From the human T2T-CHM13v2.0 reference genome, Homo sapiens, in NCBI RefSeq assembly GCF_009914755.1, contig NC_060946.1: a stretch of 64,000 nucleotides of DNA. The stretch is one strand, 5' to 3'. Made by a program: the position numbers and the translations under genes. Below the pieces are notes generated by a model. That model ran no database searches and was not told where the DNA came from. It saw only the letters and a program-made list of their open reading frames with translations. The stretch's first letter is position 1; every line of letters starts with the position of its first letter. This document shows positions 45,155 through 64,000 of this stretch, one piece after another.

Positions 45155-47479
45155 GGCATATTAGATTATTCCTCCATGATCAGATCAGTACAGTCTAACA
45201 AAGAGAAATCAGAATTATATAGTTATTTAAATCTAAAAAATATGGACCTAGTGATATTGACTATATCAGCCTATGAAATTAAACACCTGTTGGACCCCTT
45301 ACAAATTAAAGTTGCCAAATCATATAGATAAATGGAAGCGTGTGGTTTCCCTTTGGCACCTAGACTGAGTATTAACTGAGGAATACACATATTTGGGTGT
45401 TTTCTGGATAGTTTCCATCTGATTCATCTGTGATAAAAATTCTTTATGTTCTATTTTACTTAAATTTATTGTTCTGAGATTGACAAAATTATAGCTATGT
45501 TATTTTGTTTGGTTGGTTGTAAATAAAAGAAGAAAAAATATATTTTCTGATTGTGATTCTTATCATATTTGGGTTTATTATTTTGGTGACATGGTCATTA
45601 CTAATACATAAGCCCTTATAAGCAATTTATCAACATTTTTGTAGGACAATAAAATATTCTAGCCTAATGATATCCAAACATTACCTCCTTCTGGACCCCT
45701 AAAGGGCAGATTCTAAATCCATCTATAATAATATCAGTCAAAATATTCAGAAATGCATTGTTCTAAATACCTAATATTTTTACCTAAATAAGATATCACC
45801 AACAACATGATAGGTCAATTTACCGAGTTTTAGATAATAGAATATCTCCCCTAAAGATTGGACAGGGCAATGGTGTACTTGTGGATACACTACTTAAGTT
45901 CAAAAAATAAAATAAAATCAATGGCAGTTCATTGTCATTTGCTGCTAAAAGAATGTGAACATAACATGAAGGAAAATTTTTGAAGGAAAAAAACATTTAT
46001 AATTCAATTGCTCTAATGTATCTATTTTTGTTAATATGTCTGTTTCATGTGATTTAATGTTAAACTCGCTCCCATTTATAGCAAGTTTTTATAATTATCA
46101 TTCATAGAAAGCATAATATTTTATTGAACTAACGTGCCATGAATTGTGAATTTTTATGTGGTGAGATGAACATTGTCCTAGACGAAGGGCCTTCCTTCCA
46201 AGAAGCTAAGAGCTGACTAGTAAAAGGGAATTTTCAGAAGGGATATTAGGAGAAAAATGAATGCCTCTACTACACAAGAATGACTTCTCACAGAATTTGT
46301 ACTGCAGCATTCTGGGGTAAGGTTACTGAACACTCCAACATCTTCCTTCCTTCTACCACCAATCTTTTTGTTGAACATTACAGTTATCCCATTTTTTTGT
46401 TATAAAATAATATCTCAATAAAATCTTCATAAAGATTTGCCTTGATAATATTTTGCAAACCTAAATTAGGACTCATCATCTAATCTGAAACAGACTGTCC
46501 CAGAAAATACAGAATATAAGAATATGATGTGTGTGCAACAATTTTCCTTTCAGATTTTTTGTCTTAGAACAGTTTATCGGGAAAGAGATCATTATTCAGT
46601 TCAAAAGGTAAGAATGCATTTGTGAATTGGGGCCCGGACATTCCAGGTAGAACAATTATTTGCTCCTTTCATGTAAGACAGTATCAAGCTTTTACTCAAT
46701 CTTATTAGAACTCTGCCATATCTCTCACTTGTATAGCCGCTGAGGATCTTTCCTCTTTCTTTACTCCTTTCCAGGGTGTATGACTTTTAAGTTACCTGAG
46801 TTCTGATCAGCAAACGGACTCAAGAAGAACAGGTAGTCAAGGCAGGCAATATTTCCACCACAGTTTCAGAACTCCCTACTTTGTATTACTAAGTTAATAC
46901 ATTTGTGCAGCCACTACCTTTGCAAAGGTTTCTTCTTACAACCTCAAATACTATGACTGGTTCACAACCTTTTCCATAGTGCTAAATTATTTGACCAAAC
47001 ACTGCATATATACCATATTTTTTCAAAGCCAAACTGTATCCCAAAGAGAGAGAAGGAGAGAGAAAGAATAGCAATAAAAATACAGTGTTATTTCAGGTTG
47101 ATATTTAAAAATAATTGTGCTGGTTAATGGTTTCCTTGGGGGAAATGACAATTGAAAGTCGGTATTTTCTACTTTCAAATACAAGTCATGGTGTTTATTA
47201 GCTCCCTTTAAATGCTCACTAAGCTGAACAAACTTTGACTCTACCCTCAATTACAACTAATTCCCTCACAAAGGAAAATTTATTTGTACAACCAAACATT
47301 ATGTACATTCAAGATTACTAGAAAACTTAGGACATAAGGTGCAAGTGCGACAATATTATGAGAAAAGAAAGACTGTGTATTAGTTTAACAGGTTTACATA
47401 TGCAAATTCACCACCACAGGGTTTGTTCTCTTGGCAACATTGAAAATAATAATAATTAACGTTTTAAGTCAACTATTTT

Positions 47480-48120
47480 GTGTCAGGCAATATTCCAAGT
47501 CTTTTCTATGTATTATTTTATTTCCTACTTATGAAACCCAAAGAAATCAGGTCGGTATTATTGTATCTCTAATTTTTGAAGAGTGAAACAGGCAGAAAAG
47601 GTAACTTGCCTAGTTGGAGATGGCGTCTGATCTCAGGCAGGCTAACAATGGAGCCCACAGTTTTTACTACTATCGGGGGAAATGACCGACACTATAGAAT
47701 GAAATAGATTGGATCAAATCTAAGTCACTGATTGTGTGAGCTTATGCAAATTATTTGACCTTTCTGCCTAGATTTGTTTAGACTATAAAATATAACTAAT
47801 GATAATACTTCTGTCAGACAGTGGATTTGATGAATAAATGAGGTAAATCAAGGTAGGATCTTACACATAGTATTTATGGAATCTATTTCAGTTAATATTA
47901 TTAATGTCTTTCATTTGTAGAGCTCTTCAGCATTTCCCACTTTTATATAGTTGTTCAGTTCATCCTCACAAATTCTGTCATCACACAGTTAAGGTAGACA
48001 TTCCCATACTCATTTCACTGATGAGATTCAAAGAAATCAAGTATACTGTCCAAGGTCACCCATAGTAAGTGAAGGAGCAAGTTCTTCTGACTTCAAGTTC
48101 AATAAGAATTCTGCTGTACC
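47480..48120. mobile_element. MIR fragments
   Basis: MIR-core-like text (gtaacttgcc, ccaaggtcacccatagtaagt, tgaataaatgag). Confidence 0.55.
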
Positions 48121-48825
48121 ATACATCCTATTCTGGGAAATGTGGCTAAGTTCTGCGTAGCTAACTTCAGAACTACACGGCCATGTAAGCCAAAGAGCTG
48201 GATTTACCCCAGAAATTAATGCTGTAGAGAAGAAATGAGTGCAGTAGAAGAACTAAGGGATTTCTTTCCAGTAGTCTTAAGGTAATAACTACTCAAATTA
48301 TACAAATATTTAAGTAAAATGTATTTCACGTGCAAAATATGTCACTGAGTGAAAATGGCAGATCATGAAACAATATTATTATATAATCTCACACAAACAT
48401 GAAGTCATGGGATTATGGGTAATTAAGATTCGTTGTTTCCTCTTTTATGCTAATATCTTTATTTCCTAATTTTTCCATGACAAATATGCATTTTTTGTCC
48501 AATTTACAAACGACATGTAGTTAAGAAAAAATGAATGTTTACAAATGGATGTATAATTTAAAGCAATGCTTTTAGACACACCACTTACCCACGCTTTCCC
48601 TCCACTTTGTGTGTAAGGAAAGGATAATGCTACTGTCTTTGGTAAGCTTTTACCACGTCTTTACAGAGCTTCTCAAGTACTTTTCCACGTGGGGTCACTT
48701 TGTGGAGAGGAGTTAATTTGGCACCCTTGTCCTTCTATTTCACTCAGAAGCAGCTCTTTCTGCAAAGGAGAGAGTGGTCCATGGTAGCAAACCCTGGCCT
48801 TGTGGTTTTCATTCTAGATTCTTAG

Positions 48826-48830
48826 AACAA

Positions 48831-48863
<33 letters not shown>

Positions 48864-48888
48864 AAGACAGAGACAGAGAGAGAGAGAA
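48826..48888. repeat. (CAA)n and (GA)n microsatellites
   Basis: Directly visible. Confidence 0.9.
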
Positions 48889-49057
48889 TGGAGGAACATG
48901 TCATACAATCAAATGAATCTTCCCAAACAAGAGCTTTACCCGGGGACTTCCATCTACACTTGTACACATCTCTCCAGCCAAGCTCCCTACTTACTACCAA
49001 TACAAGAACCAACTTTAATTAAAAGAGAGTTTGAATTGTTATGTTTTTGATACCTAC

Positions 49058-53919
<4,862 letters not shown>

Positions 53920-54053
53920 TAAATTATCTGGATTCATAATTTTTTGTGAGAAGACTTTTTATTGCTTCAGTGTCTTTAATAGTTAAAGAATTTTGCAGGC
54001 TCTATTTTATGCTGGAATCAGTTTTAGTAAATTATATTTGTCTCTTTTCCTAA

Positions 54054-54554
<501 letters not shown>

Positions 54555-54789
54555 TAGCCCACGAATATTTGGCTTGTCTAATACATCATTTATGGCTGGA
54601 TATTTCCCTCAAATGCCACTTTGGCTGTATCCCACACATTTTGTTGTATAATGTTTATGTTATCATTACTCTCTAATCCTTAAACATTTTTCATTCAAAT
54701 TTGTTCTTTGACCTGTGAGGATGTAGAGTGCAGTTTTCAATTGCCAAATTACATTTTCTACATGTGCATGAGTTTCTACTTGTCCCTCA

Positions 54790-56520
54790 CATCAGACAGA
54801 CAGTAGCTTGATTGTTAAAAGTCTTGGGCTTTGAGATCTAATAGACTTGGATTCACATCATAGCTCATTCACTCACTCCTGTATTCATTAAATAGGCATT
54901 ATTCTTGGTGCTGAGGATATATCACTAAACAGAAATCCATGCTCACATAGATGTTACATGCTGGTATGTGTCCCACCATTTACTAGACTCCACTACTTAT
55001 TAGTTGTATCAGTTTGAAAAAGTCTCTCAGTTTCTCCCTGTAAATCAATTTTTTTATCTGTCAATGAGAATAATAATTATTCTATTCTAGGGAGCTCTTG
55101 GGAGAATGTAGTGAGATAAAGTGCTTAGTACAGTGGTTAGAACAGTGAACACTTTAGTAAATGCTTGCTATTACCATTTGGACAGCTTTCTCAGAAAGCC
55201 TTTCCTAACCCAGCCCCACCCCTCCCCTTCCTGGCACCCAGACAGAGCTAGATGCTTCTTTTGTATTCCTCCAGTGCATATTGTACTGGCCTCTAGCAGA
55301 ATACTCAGGCAAAATATTGTAATCACGAATTGTCCACATCTCCCACCAGATTGCCAGTTCTCTAAAGACAATATATCATATGTAATTTTTTTTACCTCAG
55401 CATCTACCACAGTGCCTGGCAAGTGTTAAATGCTAAATAAATATATTTGAAATGGCTAAAGGAAGGATTGAAGGATTGATATAGATTTCAGAAAAGGAAA
55501 GTAAGTGTATGTTGCTGAGATATTTATTGATTCGTTTAGTCAAAAAATGTTTATTAGGCACTGATTACCTGTCAGCCACTTTTCAAGGTACTGTATAGGT
55601 TCAAACAAAACAGACAAAATTTTGTTATGGTACTTAAATCTTAGAAAGGAGAAATATGCATTAGATATGGTTGAGTGATTGCAGAAAAATAAAACAGATT
55701 AAAGAAGTAAATAGTATTGTGGGAAGGCTGCTATTTGATATGTGATGGCCAAAGAAACTCTCTCTGATAAGGTGTCATCTTAGTAGAGACCTGAAAGAAG
55801 TGAGAGGGCAAATCAGAGAGACTTGTGGATGAAATATTCCAAGTTGAAGAAACAGTAAGTGCTGAAGTTCTTTAATCATATTCAAGGACAGCAAGGAGGC
55901 CAGTATGGCTGCACCAGAAGCACTGAGAGGGAGGGCGGTAAGAGATGAAGTCAGAGTGGTGGGCAGAGAGAGTGAGGATGCAGAGAGTGCAAGGCCTTGC
56001 AGACCATGGCTTTGCCTCTAAATGAGAAGAGATTCCATTGAAGGGTTCTGAATGGGAAAGTTCCTGTAATATACTCTGAGTTACATTTTACAAGAATCAC
56101 TCTGGCTGCTACATGGAGGTCCGACTAGGGGTACAGGGGTAGTGGCAGAGACCACTTAGGACAGTATTGTAACATTCCAGGCTACAGTAGTCGTTTGGAT
56201 CAGAGAGATAGCAGGTGGAAATTATGATTCTGGATATTTTTCAAGCAGAGAGCTGATAGATTTTGTTCAACTGTGTGTGGGTTGTTAAAGAAAGAGATGA
56301 ATCAAGGATAGCCCCAAAGTTTTTGGCTGAACTACTAAACAAATTGAATTAGCATTTGGTTAGAGGTAGAAGACTGGTGAAATAGCAAGTTTGTGTATGT
56401 ATTGGGAAGGGGGTGGTTAGCAGTGGGTGTATCAGGAGGCCCATTTTAGAGCTGTTAAATGTGAATGTCTATTACACCTCCAGGTGGAAATGTTGAACAA
56501 GTATATGGATATATAGATCA
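54790..56520. mobile_element. MIR and L2 fragments
   Basis: gtgcttagtacagtgg (MIR-like); agcaaggaggccagtatggctg, agaatcactctggctgct, atcaaggatagccccaaagtttttggctga (L2-like). Confidence 0.6.
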
Positions 56521-57447
56521 GAACGTCAGTGTTGAGATCAGAATCTCTTATGCTATCAACCTGTACATAACTTTTTTTTTTACCCCCATCTTTTTAAAGT
56601 ATAAATCAATATGGACCAGATGATTCTTGAGAATCTTCTCTGAAGAGGAGTTATGTTTTTCAGATAGATTTTTAGCTGGCATTTTTTTAAGTAGGGCAAT
56701 AATCATTTTACTATAACAACTGACATCATAATTGAATAATGAGCTTAGGCATATGCTTTGCAAAAACCTACATACCTTAAATAGAATTGAATTCAAATGA
56801 GTATCTTTTCGAAAGAACTACTGAATTCACAAATGTATGTAAAATGTTCTTAATTAAGCTTAATGTAAGTATTAATATAAAAAGAAAAACACTATTATGA
56901 ATAAAACCCTGGATACCAGAGTGGACAATTGAGTCTGACATATTCCCGGAGAAATATTTAAAGTAAGCTAACCCAAGAAAATCTTGCCTTTAGAATTTTT
57001 TAGTTAAACTTTTAATAAAGATTCAAATAAAATGTTAAGAAACTTTCTAAATGGTTCTGACAGTAATGGTCCAGTCAGGAAAATAAAGTTTCTAGCCTCT
57101 GTCTTGGGGCTTTCAGAATAAACTAGATAACCTTAGAATTAAATGTGGATTTATGTTTTTCTGAACAGTACCCCCTTTTATTGACTACATGTGTTTCCCC
57201 AAGAATTTGTTTTACAGTAGATGTTTCAAATAAATGGTCCAATTCTTAACCCATTCACATTGTTTCATTTTGCAGATAACCACTTGCCTAGCATAAAAAT
57301 CTTTACCTTGTTCTCAGAAATTGATTCTTGACTCTACACAGCAAATCCTTCGTCTTTATTGTTGTGACCCATTATAAATACCTTCCACTATGATGGGCAT
57401 ATATTTTCCTATTCTCCTCTAGCACTTACTCTCTTTTTTTCCCCCAG

Positions 57448-57622
57448 GATTCCAGGTCTTGGCAACCTTTGAAATTCCAATTCCATTTGAGAGAGCTTTG
57501 ATGAGGCCATATGCTGATTTCACCACCAGCAACTTCACAACCCAGTACTGGAATGCCATCAGCCAGCAGGCCCCTGTCATCACCTGTGACTTCTATCTGT
57601 GGCTCACTGGAAGGAAACCCAG
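57448..57622 (+). pseudogene. Unprocessed FAR2 (fatty acyl-CoA reductase 2) exon copy, FAR2P-family
   Basis: Polypyrimidine-cag|..|gtgag, 175 nt, open frame FQVLATFEIPIPFERALMRPYADFTTSNFTTQYWNAISQQAPVITCDFYLWLTGRKP; recalled FAR2 is VQVLATFEKIPFERPFRRPNANFTSNSFTSQYWNAVSHRAPAIIYDCYLRLTGRKP. Confidence 0.85.
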
Positions 57623-57743
57623 GTGAGAAGCTGAGTCAATGGCTTTGAGAATGTCACTGCATATGAGAGATTGAGGCCCCAAAGTCTTCTGTGCTTCCTT
57701 CAGCCAAGGATTAAAGGAAACAACTTAATCTGGCCCATATATA

Positions 57744-58108
57744 CAGATTGAACACACCTACTCGAAAATCCAAAATCTGAAATTCTCCAAAATCCAAAAT
57801 GTTTTGAGTGCTGACATGATGCCACAAGTGGAAAATTCCACACATCTTACCTCATGTGATGGGTCACAGTAAAACATATTCAAAACTTTGTTTCATGCAT
57901 AAAATTATTTAAAATATTGTATAAGATTACCTTCAGGTTATGTGTATGTGGCTAAGTGTGTATGAAACATGAGTGAATTTTGTGTTTAGACATGGGTCCC
58001 ATTCCCAAGATATCTCATTACATAGAAGAAAATATTCCAAAATCTGAAAACAGTTGAAACCCAACACACTTCTGACCCAAGCATTTCAGATAAAGGATAC
58101 TCAACCTG
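57744..58108 (+). mobile_element. Tigger4b-like (Zombi/MER46) DNA transposon
   Basis: TA|cagattga..tcaacctg|TA terminal inverted repeats; internal aaaatccaaaatctgaaa, ccacaagtggaaaattccacac. Confidence 0.8.
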
Positions 58109-59746
58109 TATAAGTTTTGAACAAACAAAGCAGTCATAGTGAGAAGCCACAGAAGCTTCCTACATGAAAAATGCTCCAGCATAATAAAGGAAGGTAAATG
58201 TTAAAGCGCCTGCTTGATGAATTCAGCAAGTGATCATTCACGCAAAAAGAAAAGCAACTGAGACGCTGTCACTAGGGTTTTTCAAATAGGTAGATAATCT
58301 TAAATATCCAGTAATGATGACAACCTCACTTACTGGGAGCTTACTCATGGGGCTAAGGAGGATGCATGATGATCCCATTTTTATTGTCACAGCTACTGAT
58401 GAAGATACCCTCATCAACCCATTTTACAAATGGAGAAATAGAAGCTAAGGGAAGAATCTGAAGTAGTCTCAAAGGCAGTGACAGGAAGGATGTGGAGAAA
58501 GCTGAGTGTCAAAGTCAGTATTCAGGACCGGATTTACTGCTACTTAGAGATGAATGAAGAAATCAGAGGGAACGCAGTGTGCTGATGCTAAAGCAGCTGT
58601 CACCACCCAGCTGTGTGACATAGGACATATTCTTTCTCTGTCTCACTTGAATAATATGATGTGTCAGAGGAGACATGATTGTAATTGCCTAAAGCAATTC
58701 TTGTGATCAAGACTCAGAGGCATGAACAGTATTGCCCTCTGTGTTAGCCCCTTTATAAGGGAGGAAGTCATCTTCAGCATGTTGAATTGCCATCTTTCTT
58801 AGCAATGCAAATGACTAAAACTTAGCCAATGTAGAGTTTATCCAAATTTGGAACTCATAACTCAGTTCTTGGGCAAAGTGAAAAGAAAACATTGTGATTA
58901 CAGGGAAAATATTTGTATGGGACTTATTAAATAAAGATAGGAAAAGGAGAAAACCCAAATATTATAGGCAGAAATGCTAAAGGTTTTAAAATATGTCAGG
59001 ATAGGAAGAAGGCATGGATAAAGAACAGTTCAGTTAGGAAAGAGAAACACAGAAGGAAGAGACACAATAAAAGTCATTATGTATTTTGTGAGAAGTCAGA
59101 CAGTAAGATTTGTGGGAAATGGGTTGGTTTGTTGTATGGTGTGTATTTTAGCAATAATCTTTATGGCAGAGAAAGCTAAAATCCTTTAGCTTGTGTGAAT
59201 GATCACTTGCTGAATTCCTCAAGGTAGGCGTGATGAAGGAGGGTTTAGAGGAGACACAGACACAATGAACTGACCTAGATAGAAAGCCTTAGTATACTCA
59301 GCTAGGAATAGTGATTCTGAGGACACACTTTGACATGATTATGTCATTACATGTATGGTAGTGATGGGGATGATAGAAGGAAGAACTGTTGGCATATTTT
59401 CACCCCCCAAAAAATCAGTTAAATATTGGGACACTAACCATCCAGGTCTAGAAAAGTCACATGCCATAGCCATGGTATTGCACATCATTCATCTTGCATT
59501 CTTTGAGAATAGGAAGATCAGTAAATAGTTCAGAAGTGGGAAGCTTTGTCCAGGCCTGTGTGTGAACCCAATGTTGTGTTTAGAAATAGAACAAGTAAGT
59601 TCATTGCTATAGCATAACACAACATTTGTTTAAGTGGTGGTCAGCAAATCCTTGAATGCTGCTTAATGTGACGAGGTTGGTAAAATCCTTTGTGCAACAC
59701 TCTTACTCCCTGAATATTTTGCAGTGCCAGGGCCTGTGCATGCCAG

Positions 59747-59936
59747 ACAAGGCCAAGATGGCTCAAAGAGCAACCAGCCACCTCAGCAACCTGCCACCTC
59801 CTGCTGGCAGGATTTGTTTTTGCAACCTGTGAAGAGTCAAGGAGGCACAAAGGCATAAGTCTACTCACTTATATCTGTTTGTCTGGAACATAACCCATGT
59901 TTGTTTTTACAACAAATAAAATTGATCTTGAATAAA
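59747..59936 (+). other. Putative terminal exon spliced to the FAR2-like exon (stop 59856-59858; AATAAA at 59915 and 59931)
   Basis: tgccag|a acceptor is phase-compatible with the phase-2 donor at 57622, giving ..GRKP-R-QGQDGSKSNQPPQQPATSCWQDLFLQPVKSQGGTKA*; resembles the C-terminus I recall for the putative FAR2P1-like protein. Confidence 0.6.
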
Positions 59937-62900
59937 AACTGAGTGGTCATTGTCATTAATCTTTGAATCCAGATTAACCTTTTGGCCATGCCTAGTCTAA
60001 GAGAAAAGAGATATTCTTATCAATAAATACAGAGCCAAGCTATATCAGTGAAGATCTCAAGTGCATAGACAGTAGTATAGGGAAGAGTCAGAGGCCAAAA
60101 AGACAAGGATGGCAGACATTGAACAGAGGAGAGTGTGGTGTGTTTGCCTTTGCATCAACTGAGATCGTGGAATAACACCTGAGGCTTGGGGAGAGCACCT
60201 ACAAGATACCAATAAAGCATTGTAAGAACATCTATGAAGTGAGAAAATTTGAATTACTGTTGTTCTTGTGGTTATGATTGTATTTATGGTTGTTACTTCA
60301 TTCGTATTAATCATCTATGTGCCCGAGTGTAATCATGAAGTTAGATTTTTCCCAGAGTTTTTATTAGACTCAAGAATTCCCATAGACAAAGGCAATATCA
60401 CTATCCTATTTATACATTTCTTCTCTCAGTTCTGCAGAGCCAAAATGTAGAGTCCAATCTTTTAGATAGGTTATGCAATAAAGGCTGACTTGGATTATCT
60501 AACTGGTACATGAGGCCCAGTGTGGTAGTTTACTCCAGAGGAAATTGGCACCTGTATATAATTGTAGTTAAGTTGATCCCTTGATATCAGAAGTTTCTGC
60601 TATGCAGTCCTTTTTGATGATTTCTTAATATATATCCTCCTTTTAGACAGTACTAGTGGCCATAGATGTACATGGCAGCAGAATATTACAGATGGTAAAC
60701 CTTGAATCTGCATTTTAGTAGCAAGAGCATTTGGAGTCTTGTGCTTCCCTTGTAGACATCTTCTTAACATCTACATCCTATCTTTTGTCTACTGTTGTTA
60801 CTACTACTAGTTCCATAGACATTCTAACTTTCATTTGGATATACATTTTTGTTATTTGTAAGCTCCCCCTTCTTTTTTCATTTTTTCACACCCTTTCAGA
60901 CTGTTCTAAAATCAGAAAGGAAATTCTCCTCCATGAGCATGTGTATGTTTTTGGCTCTTGGAACTTGAGATGGTGCAAGTAAGTACAAGCACATTTTCCA
61001 GATAAGTCATGTGAAGTGATATACATTTCATAATATGATCATTTCTGATTGATCTGATCTATTAAGACTACCAATAGAGATGGCTGTAAAGAATTAAGAA
61101 CATCAAACAATGTCAAGTTGTTCATTGCATGTATTTCAGAACATTACCGAGATAAAGCCAGGTGGAGTCATCAATTTCACCAGCTAGTTATTTCCTTGCT
61201 GCAGTACCAAAGATTGTCATTTTTGAACTAAAGCCTCTGGTTTTTCTAACTCATCTTTCATTGTTCATATTGGCAAGTGAATAATTAGTGAATATATATG
61301 TTTAGGTTATGAGGAATTTAAAACACAACCTAAGAGTTGTAATGTTGATTGCTTTTAAATGTTGTAATTGTTTTGAGAGTGTCTGCTAATGATTCCTTAA
61401 TTACATACTTGCTTTTCTTAGAAAGTCAACTCATTTCATTGTGATTAATTTTCTCTTAAATATTTAACTTCATATTTTAATAAATCACAATGCCTGGGAT
61501 TCCATTAGATATTTGAAAAGATCAAGTTTAATTTTTTTTACCCAGGTAACATACACAATGGCTCAAGATTTGTGTTCTTTGATCTCACAATTTAAAAAAA
61601 TATGCATTAAGCACCATGGAAATCCCAAGAACTTCAGCAAGAAAGAGTCTTTGTTCCATAGTTTCTTTGCTTGATAAATATGTGGACTAAAATAAATGCA
61701 ATATCTTAATTCAGTTTTTGCTTCATGAGACTGGTTGAGTGAACATAGGCCTAGTGCTTTGAAAATTGGCCTATTGTAGAAGATTGATAATCTAATAGCC
61801 TAAAGAGAATCCATTTCTTATAAGAACATATATATTTTGGAAAATATGGTATTTCTCAGAAAACTGCTGAAATGAATTATGTATCTTTTCTATCTTTATC
61901 TTTAATTCTATTACTTTCAAAGATCTAAAGCTTTCACTTGAAAATTAGTCTTTTGGAAAAAAATCGAAACTAGTGTTAAATTATATTTCATTGAGGTAAT
62001 GAATATGAAGATTCATTTGCTGTAATCTCCTTGTGATCTTTTAAAGTAGTTTCTTGTGCTTTTAAAAATAACACTATAATGGTCTATATGTGTATCAGTT
62101 TTTACAATAATTTGTCTAAACTTTAGCTTATACAGTGTGCATGAAGAACCAAGTGCAGTCTGAATTAGCACAATGCAAATAGAAAACCGAACTTTTATTT
62201 TCCTCACAAAATTATATCTAATATAAACCTTATGTAAAATAGAGAATTTTTAAGTGCTTGTAAAATAATAACAAAATCATACATAATGTCAGTGTAGGAG
62301 AAAAGTTAAGGATTTTATATCACACTAAAATGCATTTCTAAATTGACTTAGTATTGTTATAAAACATATTCTTGAATATTGTATCAGAATTTATCACCAC
62401 TATTGAAGTCAAAATAAAGATGGATCTCTAAATTATACAATTTATTTGGGAATCACAGAATTGTAGTTCTGAACAAAACTGAAAACCACGGTGGTCTTCT
62501 ATATGTGTGAAGGACAAAGAGAAGATTGGGGGTTTACTAGCAAGGGAAATGCTATATATTGTTTTGAAAGAAAGCACACGGACACTAGAGAAGATTTTGG
62601 GAGCTGATCAAGCAAGCCTAATGGGAGGCAAATCTTTTGAGACTTCCCAGGAGCCCAACTATAAAATCCCTTAGTCAATTTTAAGTGAAAAAGACTTAAA
62701 TTTGAATTTGATTCTGTGGAAGTTTGTCATTTGTTTGGATGCAAAAAGCCTAAAAATATTTAATTAAAGTAGAATTACATATCCTTGAGAGATAATGGTC
62801 ACTTATTTAACCAGAGTAATAATGGAAAGACTTCAAAAACAAATTCAAAAGTTACCTGGTCAAGAGAAAAAAATACTTAGACCTGTGTTAGAGATGACTT

Positions 62901-63159
62901 AGTTTTTTCAGGCGGTCAAAACCCGAATAAAGACAGCCCAAACCACAAGAAGCTATCTTAAAACATAAAATATCTGCTTGTTAGGTGGATTACTTAGAGA
63001 GAGAGAAAAAAAAAACCTTTTGTAATATGACCATTTCTCTTGGTATATGCCCTTTTGAGTAAACTGGAAATTAAACCCCATGAAAAACTACTTTAATTCA
63101 ACTAGACGCTGGAAGAGTGTATGTCTAAAGTTATATGTAAACCATATTATAGAATAATA

Positions 63160-63161
<2 letters not shown>

Positions 63162-63196
<35 letters not shown>
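63162..63196. repeat. (CA)n microsatellite
   Basis: Directly visible. Confidence 0.95.
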
Positions 63197-63200
<4 letters not shown>

Positions 63201-63634
63201 AGTAGTACCTCCACCAGGTGGAATGGATGGCTTTTTAGAAAAAGAAAGAGCATGTGAAATTTCCTGGTTACATAGAACAATCTGGATACATCAGGAAAAG
63301 CCAAGAGTACAGAATTAATCTATACCAGAAAAACATTGTTTTTCCAGTTTTTTTCTTGAGACAAACGTTCTCGGTGTCAGGTTATAATACCAGAGTGCGA
63401 AGTGGGAAAAAATGCAATAGGAACTGACAAAAAAAAAAAAAAATGAGAGAGAGAGTCACCACTTTAGTTAATCAAAAAGATGTACTGTTTTAAGGAGAGA
63501 AGTAACAAGAGCAGAAGGCATTGATGTATTAACTGCAAATTACACGTATTGAGATGCATAAAAAGCCAAACCCTTGGGATAAAAATCTGAAAAGCTTTAA
63601 GAGGAAAAGTCTACCTCCTGAAATGAAGTGATCA

Positions 63635-64000
63635 TTTTTTTTATTGCTGCTTCTAAAAAAAGGATACATGTACAGGATGTGCAGGTTTGTTGCATAGGTA
63701 TACGTGTGCCATAGTGGTTTGCTGCACCTATTGACCCATCCTCTAAGTTCCCTCCCCTCATCCCTATCCTCCAATAGACCGTGGTGTATGTTGTTCCCCT
63801 CTCTGTGTCCATGTGTTCTCAATGTTCAACTCCCACTGAATGAGAACATGCAGTGTCTGGTTTTCTGTTCTTGTGTTAGTTTGCCGAGGATGATGGCTTC
63901 CAGTTTCATCCATGTCCCTGCAAAGGACATGCTCTCATTCATTTTTCATGGCTGCATAGTATTCCATGGTGTATATGTGACATATTTTCTTTATCCAGTC
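63635..64000 (-). mobile_element. L1PA 3' end (older primate subfamily), runs off the right edge
   Basis: T-run then gatgtgcaggtttgttgcataggtatacgtgtgccatagtggtttgctgcacct..atggctgcatagtattccatggtgtatatg. Confidence 0.92.

Noticed and set aside
48774-49022. Poly-glutamine ORF
   Set aside because: Produced by (CAA)n/(GA)n microsatellites, with a non-ATG start and no gene context
62390-63600. Possible old LTR / ERV internal fragments
   Set aside because: The resemblance is only impressionistic; I cannot assign a family or boundaries without a Dfam search

Overview
Human/primate genomic DNA with the character of a pericentromeric segmental-duplication mosaic. The gene content (OR11H1-like receptor, YME1L1 and FAR2 pseudogene fragments) fits my recollection of the POTE/OR11H-associated duplicons, probably 22q11.1 or a paralogue; this is not verified. 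The only complete non-transposon CDS is an OR11H-family olfactory receptor (44174/44207-45154, +). Unprocessed exon copies of MPP7 (3139-3270), YME1L1 (three exons, 6011-8591) and FAR2 (57448-57622, plus a recruited terminal exon) all lie on the + strand. The most unusual structure is at 10-35 kb. A near full-length L1PA has its 3' end replaced by TAR1 plus (TTAGGG)n. An inverted second copy of the L1/telomere/TAR1 module lies about 8.3 kb downstream. It is followed by a TERRA-promoter-like TAR1/CpG island and a 4.7-kb 18/19-bp minisatellite that switches polarity twice. A 475-bp piece of that array recurs and ends at a TA-rich fold-back junction. A second L1PA (49058-53905) is broken into four alternately inverted pieces but keeps an intact endonuclease ORF. 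The rest is Alu, L1, L2/MIR, LTR and DNA-transposon debris. I see no direct evidence of a new protein system. The best candidates for something undescribed are structural and transcriptional hypotheses around the convergent interstitial telomere modules and the inverted satellite.
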